Both the position numbers and the translations under genes were made by a program. 64,000 nucleotides of DNA from Minisyncoccota bacterium (GTDB lineage Bacteria; Patescibacteriota; Minisyncoccia; UBA6257; 2-01-FULL-56-20). The notes beneath the pieces are model-generated. The model ran no database searches, was not told the DNA's origin, and worked only from the letters and a program-made list of their open reading frames with translations. The first letter of the stretch is position 1, and each line of letters opens with the position of its first letter. Below, one piece after another: positions 57,168-64,000 of the stretch. Location: positions 330,338 through 394,337 of the forward strand of contig DATJLR010000002.1 of assembly GCA_035509435.1 (NCBI GenBank), read 5' to 3'.

Positions 57168-57623
57168 ATGGAACCCCATTCCAAGTCCCGGTTGATCATC
57201 CTTCTTTTGCTGGCCGTGGTCCTCGTCGGGATCCTCGCGAGCATCTATTACAAAGCCGATCCTGTCTATGGCCTTCTTCAGCGCATGAACCTGATCCCGA
57301 TGCCGGAACGGTTCACCGAGCTCTATTTCCAGAATGCGGACGCGCTTTCCTCTTCTGTCGCGAAAGGGCAGACCCTTTCGTTCGCGTTCACGATCCACAA
57401 TGAGCGCGGCGCGACGACCACGTATCCGTATATCGCATATTTCCAGAAGAGCGACGGCACGAAGATCGTCCTGCAGAACGGCGAGCTTCCGCTCGCGAGC
57501 GATGCAAGCACGACCATCACGGTCTCCTATCCGTTCACCGAGGCCGCAGGGACCGGAACCGTCGTCGTCGACCTCCCGTCGTTCGACCAGCAGATCGATT
57601 TCCTTCTGGCCAACGCCCAATAA
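57168..57623 (+). CDS. DUF1616-like membrane-anchored protein
   Basis: TM followed by PERFTELYF and IHNERG...Y. Confidence 0.7.
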   Translation: MEPHSKSRLIILLLLAVVLVGILASIYYKADPVYGLLQRMNLIPMPERFTELYFQNADALSSSVAKGQTLSFAFTIHNERGATTTYPYIAYFQKSDGTKIVLQNGELPLASDASTTITVSYPFTEAAGTGTVVVDLPSFDQQIDFLLANAQ

Positions 57624-57624
57624 C

Positions 57625-58404
57625 ATGCCCACGAACGAGCTCAAAAAAATAACGGTCCTCGTCCCCTGCCACAACGAAGAGGTGGGGATCGCCCACGTCA
57701 TGGAAGAGATGCCGTTCGACGACCTCAAGCGCCTGGGCTTCCGGGTGGAGGTGATCGTCATCGACAACAATTCGACCGATAAGACCGCGCTCGTTGCCCG
57801 CGCCCACGGCGCCACCGTCATCCACGAACCTAAGAAAGGGAAAGGCAATGCGCTTTCCACCGGTTTCCGCGCCGTGACGGAAGATACCGACTTCGTGGTC
57901 ATGATCGACGGAGACAACACTTACAAGCCGAAGGAGATCGCGCGCCTCGTGGAACCGCTCGCCTGCGGATTTTGCGACGTCGTCGTCGGATCGCGCCTGG
58001 GCGGCAAGATAAAGAAGGGCTCGCTCCACTTCCGCAACCGCGTCGTCAACTGGGGATTCGCGTTCCTCGTGCGCCAGTTCTATAAAGTGAACGTCACGGA
58101 CGTATTGAGCGGGTTCTTCGCGTGGAAGAAAGACGCGATCGACATCATCAGCGCCCATCTGCGGTCGGAAGGATTTTCGCTTGAGATGGAGCTCATCACG
58201 AAGACCGCCAAGCTCGGGCTCGAAATGTACTCCGTCCCGATCACCTACGACGTGCGCGACGGGAAAACGAAGATCAGCCCGGTCCGCGACGGCATCAGCA
58301 TCCTCGCGATGCTCGCCAAGAACCTTTTCTGGAAATCGACGATGGCCATCAAGGACGGCGCAACCGCGATCGCGGAACATAAAAAGCGGCTGCAGGACAT
58401 TTAA
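57625..58404 (+). CDS. GT2 polyprenol-phosphate glycosyltransferase (DPM1-like)
   Basis: VPCHNEE, IDNNSTDKT, GKGNA, IDGDNTY and DVLSGF motifs. Confidence 0.9.
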   Translation: MPTNELKKITVLVPCHNEEVGIAHVMEEMPFDDLKRLGFRVEVIVIDNNSTDKTALVARAHGATVIHEPKKGKGNALSTGFRAVTEDTDFVVMIDGDNTYKPKEIARLVEPLACGFCDVVVGSRLGGKIKKGSLHFRNRVVNWGFAFLVRQFYKVNVTDVLSGFFAWKKDAIDIISAHLRSEGFSLEMELITKTAKLGLEMYSVPITYDVRDGKTKISPVRDGISILAMLAKNLFWKSTMAIKDGATAIAEHKKRLQDI

Positions 58405-58411
58405 CATCATC

Positions 58412-59548
58412 ATGGCTGACGCAAAGAAGATCGCGATCGTCTCCGATACGGTCTATCCCTATTTCAAGGGCGGAAAGGAAAAGCGGATCCACGAGATCAC
58501 GACGCGCCTTGCCGCGCAGGGCCACGACGTGACCATCTACACGATGAAATGGTGGAGTGGCGGAAACACGATAAAAGAAAATGGCGTGACGCTCCGGGCG
58601 ATCAGCCCGCTGTATGCCGTCTATTACGGAAAGCGGCGCTCCACAAAGGAAGCGATCTTTTTTGCGCTGTACTGCTTGCGCCTGTTGTGGGCGGATTTTG
58701 ACGTGATGGAGGCCGACCACATGCCGCACCCGGTACTTTTCCCGTTGAAGATCGTATGTATGCTCAAGCGCAAAAAAATGATCGTCACCTGGCATGAGGT
58801 ATGGGGGCGGGAATACTGGGATGAATATCTGTCCCATGGCCTGCAAAGCTGGATCGCCTGGAACATCGAAAAAATGAGTGCGCACCTTCCCGACCTTGTA
58901 GTGTCAGTTTCCCGGCACACCACCCGCGAGGTCCGCGGGATCTTAAAACGAAAGAGGCCCGTCGTCACCGTTGAGAACGGCCTCGATATGGCAACGATCT
59001 TGAAGAATCCTCCGGCGCCCCGCGGAGCGAACATCCTTTTTGCGGGACGCCTGCTTTCCCATAAAAACGTCGATGTCCTCGTGCGGGCGACCGCGCGCGT
59101 CCTGAAAAAATATCCCGACGTGGTGCTGTGGATCATCGGCGAAGGTCCCGCGCGCGCATCGCTCGAATCGCTTGCGAAAGAATTGGGCATCGAGAAAAAT
59201 GTTGCGTTCCTGGGCTTCCTTAAAGATGAGGACGAACTGTACCGCGTGATGCAGGCCTCGCAGATATTCGCGCTCCCTTCCACGCGCGAAGGGTTCGGCA
59301 TCGCCGCGATCGAAGCCAACGCCTGCGGCATGCCCGTGATCACGATCGACCACGAACACAATGCCGCGCGGGACCTTATCATCAACGGCGAAAATGGCAC
59401 GCTCATCAAATTGGACGAGGCGCAGATGGCGGCCGCGATCGAATCATATCTCTTTTCGAAAAAAGACCGCGCCCAATACCGCACCTACGCCGAAAAATAC
59501 GACTGGAACCGCGCCGTATCCGAACTCCAGAAAATTTACGCATCATGA
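58412..59548 (+). CDS. glycosyltransferase family 4
   Basis: YPYFKGGKEKR, FAGRL...KN and PSTREGFGIAAIEA motifs. Confidence 0.92.
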   Translation: MADAKKIAIVSDTVYPYFKGGKEKRIHEITTRLAAQGHDVTIYTMKWWSGGNTIKENGVTLRAISPLYAVYYGKRRSTKEAIFFALYCLRLLWADFDVMEADHMPHPVLFPLKIVCMLKRKKMIVTWHEVWGREYWDEYLSHGLQSWIAWNIEKMSAHLPDLVVSVSRHTTREVRGILKRKRPVVTVENGLDMATILKNPPAPRGANILFAGRLLSHKNVDVLVRATARVLKKYPDVVLWIIGEGPARASLESLAKELGIEKNVAFLGFLKDEDELYRVMQASQIFALPSTREGFGIAAIEANACGMPVITIDHEHNAARDLIINGENGTLIKLDEAQMAAAIESYLFSKKDRAQYRTYAEKYDWNRAVSELQKIYAS

Positions 59549-60240
59549 CCGACACTATCGTCACAACCAGTTGGGACGACGGCCATATCCTCGATATGAA
59601 ACTGTCGGATCTCCTTTCCCGGTACGGCCTGCCGGCGACTTTTTATATTGCCCCCGAGAACCGCGAGATCGCCGCAAGCGAGCGGCTCTCGAAGGCGGCC
59701 GTGCGGTCGCTTTCCGAGCGGTTCGAGATCGGCGCGCACACCATGACCCATCCGCGCCTTTCCAGGATCGACGATGCATCGGCAAACGCGGAGATCGCCA
59801 CATCAAAATCCGTTCTGGAAGATTGGACCGGCAAGCCGGTGTCGGCATTCTGCTATCCCGGCGGCGATTTTACTCCGGCGCACGAGGCGATGGTAAAAGA
59901 CGCCGGATTCGCCGTTGCGCGCACCGTAAAGCGATTTTCATTCGGCGGCGGCGATCGTTTTGCGATGCCGACGACCGTCCATGCTTACCGGCACTGGTCG
60001 GATGTTTCCGCGATCGCCGCATTTTCCGGAATAAAGAATTTTTTGCGAAACTATCTCCATTGGGACGACCTTGCTATCGCTCTTTTTGAGCATGCGCGGA
60101 AAAACGGCGGCACCTTCCACCTATGGGGCCATTCGTGGGAGATAGAAAAGAACGGCGACTGGAACCGGCTGGAGCGCGTGTTCCGGCACATCGGCCGCCA
60201 AAATGGGATAACATATAAGACAAACAGCCAACTCGCATGA
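59545..60240 (+). CDS. polysaccharide deacetylase (CE4)
   Basis: TSWDDG, EIGAHTMTHP, FCYPGG and HLWGHSWE motifs. Confidence 0.9.
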   Translation: MTDTIVTTSWDDGHILDMKLSDLLSRYGLPATFYIAPENREIAASERLSKAAVRSLSERFEIGAHTMTHPRLSRIDDASANAEIATSKSVLEDWTGKPVSAFCYPGGDFTPAHEAMVKDAGFAVARTVKRFSFGGGDRFAMPTTVHAYRHWSDVSAIAAFSGIKNFLRNYLHWDDLAIALFEHARKNGGTFHLWGHSWEIEKNGDWNRLERVFRHIGRQNGITYKTNSQLA

Positions 60241-62516
60241 AATCCCAAAAGACCGCAATCGTATTCGCGCCCTATTTTCCTCCGCAAGGCGGCGGCTTGG
60301 AGCGCTACGCCCGGCACATCAGCGCAAGTCTGGCGAACGAGTACCACTGGCGCGTGGTGGTCGTCACATCGGGCGACCGCGGCGGCGCGGACCGCATCGA
60401 GGAATACGACGGCCTCCGCGTCCATCGCCTCGCCTACCGTCACAAGATATCCAACACGCCGTTCTCGTTCGGATGGTTCCGCAAGATCCGAGCCATTCTG
60501 AACACCGAGAAACCGGATCTCATCAACGTGCACATGCCGGTGCCGGGCATCGGCGATGTCGCATGGCTGCTCTCCGGCAAGACGCCGCTCGTCGTCACGT
60601 ATCACGCCGGCAGCATGCACAAGAACAAGTTCCGCGACGATGTTCTGATCTGGCTCTACGAACACGGCCCGCTCCAATTCCTGCTGCGCCGCGCCGACCG
60701 CATCATCTGCTCGTCGGATTTCATCCGCTTCAATCTCCTCAAAAAATACCTCTATAAGAGCGTCACCATCATGCCGGGCGTGGACGCGGATTTCTTCACG
60801 CCGGATGCGAGCAAACGTTCGCCTATGCCGACGGTGCTTTTTGTGGCTGCGCTCAACCGCGCGCAGGAACAAAAAGGGTTGAAAACCCTGCTTGCGGCCG
60901 CAAAGATCGCGCGTGCGACGATCCCGAACCTGGGCGTCACCGTGGTGGGGACCGGCGATATGGAAGATGAATACAAAGCTTATGCGCGCGAGCTCGGCAT
61001 TGATGCGCATGTCGCGTTCATGGGCGGACTGGAGGGCAAAGACCTTCGTGATGCCTATCAGAGCGCGCACGTCTTTGCGCTCCCCAGCGCCAACGAAGCG
61101 CTCGGCATGGTCATTCTTGAAGCAATGGCATGTGAAGTTCCGGTCATCGGGGCGAATTCCGGAGGGATCCCGCTCATCATCGACGAGAACAAAACAGGGT
61201 TGCTCGTCCAGCCGAAGGATCCGGATGGATTGGCACGCGAGATCGTCACCCTCTTGAAGGATCCGGCAAAAAGCGCGGAATTTGGAAAGACCGCGCGCGA
61301 GATGATCATCAAAGATTTTAACTGGAAAGGACGCACCGATCTCTACGACGAGGTCCTCACGCAAATGCTCGGCAAAAAAGCGGAACACATTACGCGGATC
61401 ACCGTGGTCGCGTCGTATTTCTATCCGAAGATCGGCGGCCTTGAGAACTATGCCTATCTTCTCGCAAAGAACCTGAACGCGAGCGGTAAATATAAAATGA
61501 GCGTCATCACCAGCAACTATGACGGAAAAGGATACCGGCAGGATGTGATCGACGGCATGACGGTGCACCGGCTGCCGATCATGTTCCGGATCTCGAACAC
61601 CCCGATAAATCCGTTTTGGCCTGGCATGATAAAAAAGATCTACGATGCGGAACAGCCGGATATCGTGCATGTTCACTCTCCTGTCCCCTACATGGCGGAT
61701 GTGGCCGAATATGAAGCGCAAGATCGCGCCGTGGTGCTGACCTATCATTCGGGAAGCATGCTTAAAGGGCGGTGGCCTATCGATATCGTCATCGGTTTCT
61801 ATGAAAAGATATTCCTGCCGATGCTTTTTAAGCGCGCAAATATAGTGGTAGCGGTTTCACAGGAATTTGCCCGCCGTACATTCCCGCAATTCAATGAAAA
61901 AATCCATTTCATCCCTACCGGCGTAGATCTTTCCCGATTTAAAAAAACGCCGTTGCCGGATGGCACAAAAACCGTGACCTACGTGGGGCGCATCGAACAT
62001 AGTTCCAGCTGGAAGGGCATCGAACCGCTCTTACAGGCAATGGCGCTTGTCATAAAAGACCATCCTGATGTCCGGCTTGAGCTCGTTGGCGGCGGCGATG
62101 CGATCGGACATTATCGCGAGCGGGCCGATGCCCTTGGTATCGGAGCGTGCGCCACCCTGACGGGGCCGTTGCTTGGCAATGCCCTTGTGGATGCGTATAA
62201 ACGCGCAACCGTCGTGGTGTTGCCTTCGACCTCGGATTCGGAAGCTTTCAGTATTGCGCTTATCGAGGCGATGGCATCGGGTCGTCCGATCATCGGGACC
62301 GCTATTGGCGGCACGCCCCAGGTGATAGAAAACGGCAAAAACGGTTTGCTCGTTCCTCCGAAAGATCCGCGCGCCCTTGCCGACGCGATAGAAAAAGTGG
62401 TCATGGACAAAGCGCTCGCGACACACTTGGCGGATCATGGCGCCACGCGGGCACAAAATTTTTCCTGGGACGCGCAAGCGATGAAATATTCGGATCTTTT
62501 TGCAACCCTCTCATGA
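60237..62516 (+). CDS. tandem GT4-GT4 glycosyltransferase
   Basis: two GT-B units (GGLERY...EALGMVILEAMA and GGLENY...EAFSIALIEAMA). Confidence 0.9.
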   Translation: MKSQKTAIVFAPYFPPQGGGLERYARHISASLANEYHWRVVVVTSGDRGGADRIEEYDGLRVHRLAYRHKISNTPFSFGWFRKIRAILNTEKPDLINVHMPVPGIGDVAWLLSGKTPLVVTYHAGSMHKNKFRDDVLIWLYEHGPLQFLLRRADRIICSSDFIRFNLLKKYLYKSVTIMPGVDADFFTPDASKRSPMPTVLFVAALNRAQEQKGLKTLLAAAKIARATIPNLGVTVVGTGDMEDEYKAYARELGIDAHVAFMGGLEGKDLRDAYQSAHVFALPSANEALGMVILEAMACEVPVIGANSGGIPLIIDENKTGLLVQPKDPDGLAREIVTLLKDPAKSAEFGKTAREMIIKDFNWKGRTDLYDEVLTQMLGKKAEHITRITVVASYFYPKIGGLENYAYLLAKNLNASGKYKMSVITSNYDGKGYRQDVIDGMTVHRLPIMFRISNTPINPFWPGMIKKIYDAEQPDIVHVHSPVPYMADVAEYEAQDRAVVLTYHSGSMLKGRWPIDIVIGFYEKIFLPMLFKRANIVVAVSQEFARRTFPQFNEKIHFIPTGVDLSRFKKTPLPDGTKTVTYVGRIEHSSSWKGIEPLLQAMALVIKDHPDVRLELVGGGDAIGHYRERADALGIGACATLTGPLLGNALVDAYKRATVVVLPSTSDSEAFSIALIEAMASGRPIIGTAIGGTPQVIENGKNGLLVPPKDPRALADAIEKVVMDKALATHLADHGATRAQNFSWDAQAMKYSDLFATLS

Positions 62517-64000
62517 AAATAACCTTTTTTGTTTCCGGAAGCATCCTCAGTAATTTCAGCTATCGCACGCTCGCGCTCGCGCGTTCTTTGCATAAACTGG
62601 GACACGATGTTTCTATCGTTGCCCCGAGGGCAGACAAATACAACAACTTTACGCCGGAGATGATCAAGGAGGTCGATGGCGTACGGATAATCCAACCCTT
62701 TCAATTCGCCACACGGCGCTTGGAGATCAATCTAATTCCGTATCTGTTCGGCGCCGTCCGAGCGCTTTTCCGTGAACGGCCGGACCTTATCTACATATAT
62801 AAAGCCACGCCAATTTCCATCGTCGGCCTTCTTGGAAAGCTTTTCTGGAAAACGCCTGTCGTCACCGACTTCGATGATCTCGGAAGCGAGGTCATGAAGA
62901 TCGAAGGTCATCCTTTTCATCAGCGGAAGCTCGTGGAGTGGTCCGAACGAATAGCTGGCAGCTATGCGGATCGTCTTGTCGCCGCCTCGCGCTATCTTTT
63001 TGACTACTATCATCGTAAATATCCCGAAACGCCGATATATCTTATGCAAAATGGCGTGGATAAAGAGTGGTTTGCCGGACCGCTCGTTCCGTCCACACAA
63101 AGGACGATAGTCTTTTTTGGGGCGATCAATCGGACGAGCATTCTTGAGCCGCTGTTTGACGTCCTACCGAACGTGGCAAGGGAGGTTCCTGGTATAAAAG
63201 CGGTGATCATCGGCGACGGAAAATTCCTTCCGTATTTCAAAGAAAAAACGATTGCAGCAAATCTTGGGAATATCGTCACGTTCACGGGATGGCTTGATTT
63301 TGCCGCCGCGCGGACGTATTTACAGGCAGGAAGTATCGGCTACAGCTATATGCCGCGTGAAAACACCGCAATTGCAGCCAGCAGCATGAAGATCTCACAA
63401 TACATGTCCCGTGGTGTGATCCCGCTTGTGAGCGATATAAACGATATGGCAAATGATGAAGAATTCCTTTCGGCTGCCTATGTCGTCCCCACGGGAGATC
63501 GCATAGCATTAGAATCCTCAATAAAAAATCTATTTAAAAATGATGATATCCACGCCCGTTCCAAAAACGCACGCCAGTTTTCCGCGACCCACTTTGATTG
63601 GGACGCTCTTGCCTCTGGATTTTCGCAATGGATCTATCCGACCCACACACACACTTCTCCAAAGGTTTACATTGTAACTACAAAAATACCCGGCGATGTT
63701 GGAGGATCGGAAATCCGGAACTATAACCTCATCCGCCAGCTTCTGAAAAGCGCGAACGTCCATATTGAGGTTTTTTGTATTGCGCAAAATGATCCACAAT
63801 CTGAATGCGATGCTTTTGAATCACGGATAGGCGCACAATGTCACGCTGTTCACAATACACACCCGTCTATAGAGTCAACAATACGCGGACTATTGTGGGG
63901 TCGCGTTCCTCCGTTTATGGAAAATTTCAAAGCAAGCGGCATCGGCGATATATTTCGCAAAGCCTGCGAAAGATCGCTCCCCGATTTTGTACAAGTTGAA
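62513..64000 (+). CDS. GT4-family glycosyltransferase, probably multi-domain, truncated by the window end
   Basis: ATGA overlap; MKITFFVSGS...LARSLHKLGHDVSIV, a later MKISQYM, then a second unit starting KVYIVTT...GGSEIRNYN. Confidence 0.85.
   Translation, partial: MKITFFVSGSILSNFSYRTLALARSLHKLGHDVSIVAPRADKYNNFTPEMIKEVDGVRIIQPFQFATRRLEINLIPYLFGAVRALFRERPDLIYIYKATPISIVGLLGKLFWKTPVVTDFDDLGSEVMKIEGHPFHQRKLVEWSERIAGSYADRLVAASRYLFDYYHRKYPETPIYLMQNGVDKEWFAGPLVPSTQRTIVFFGAINRTSILEPLFDVLPNVAREVPGIKAVIIGDGKFLPYFKEKTIAANLGNIVTFTGWLDFAAARTYLQAGSIGYSYMPRENTAIAASSMKISQYMSRGVIPLVSDINDMANDEEFLSAAYVVPTGDRIALESSIKNLFKNDDIHARSKNARQFSATHFDWDALASGFSQWIYPTHTHTSPKVYIVTTKIPGDVGGSEIRNYNLIRQLLKSANVHIEVFCIAQNDPQSECDAFESRIGAQCHAVHNTHPSIESTIRGLLWGRVPPFMENFKASGIGDIFRKACERSLPDFVQVE

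Overview
64 kb of a bacterial chromosome, most consistent with a Patescibacteria (CPR, Parcubacteria-like) genome using code 11. Supporting signs are a short EF-Ts, a trigger factor without an FKBP domain, many leaderless genes, a pilin-LamG protein and DUF2914. Core genes (tsf, rpsB, mraY, scpAB, dnaX, greA, tig, obgE, typA, rpmA, rplI, def, fmt, sodA, glgA) and four tRNA genes are interspersed with accessory modules. A surface-glycan glycosyltransferase cluster runs off the right end. Top leads: (1) a six-gene operon at 26.1-32.8 kb that couples a split Rv1355c/OxzB-like ThiF + nitroreductase pair, a PaaK-like adenylating enzyme and an aminotransferase to a 7TM sensor kinase and receiver protein, a candidate small-molecule signal synthesis and sensing system; (2) three copies of an identical 40-bp palindromic core downstream of tRNA-Gln, arranged like attL / attP / attR around two integrase-free gene cassettes (43.7-49.2 kb); (3) a ~400-nt hairpin-dense non-coding unit with a consensus promoter beside dnaX; (4) an orphan MazF/PemK gene facing a small promoter-plus-terminator RNA; (5) a pilin gene put out of frame by a G7 tract; (6) an atypical tRNA followed by an antisense copy of its own 5' half. 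All calls come from reading motifs by eye; no database searches were run.
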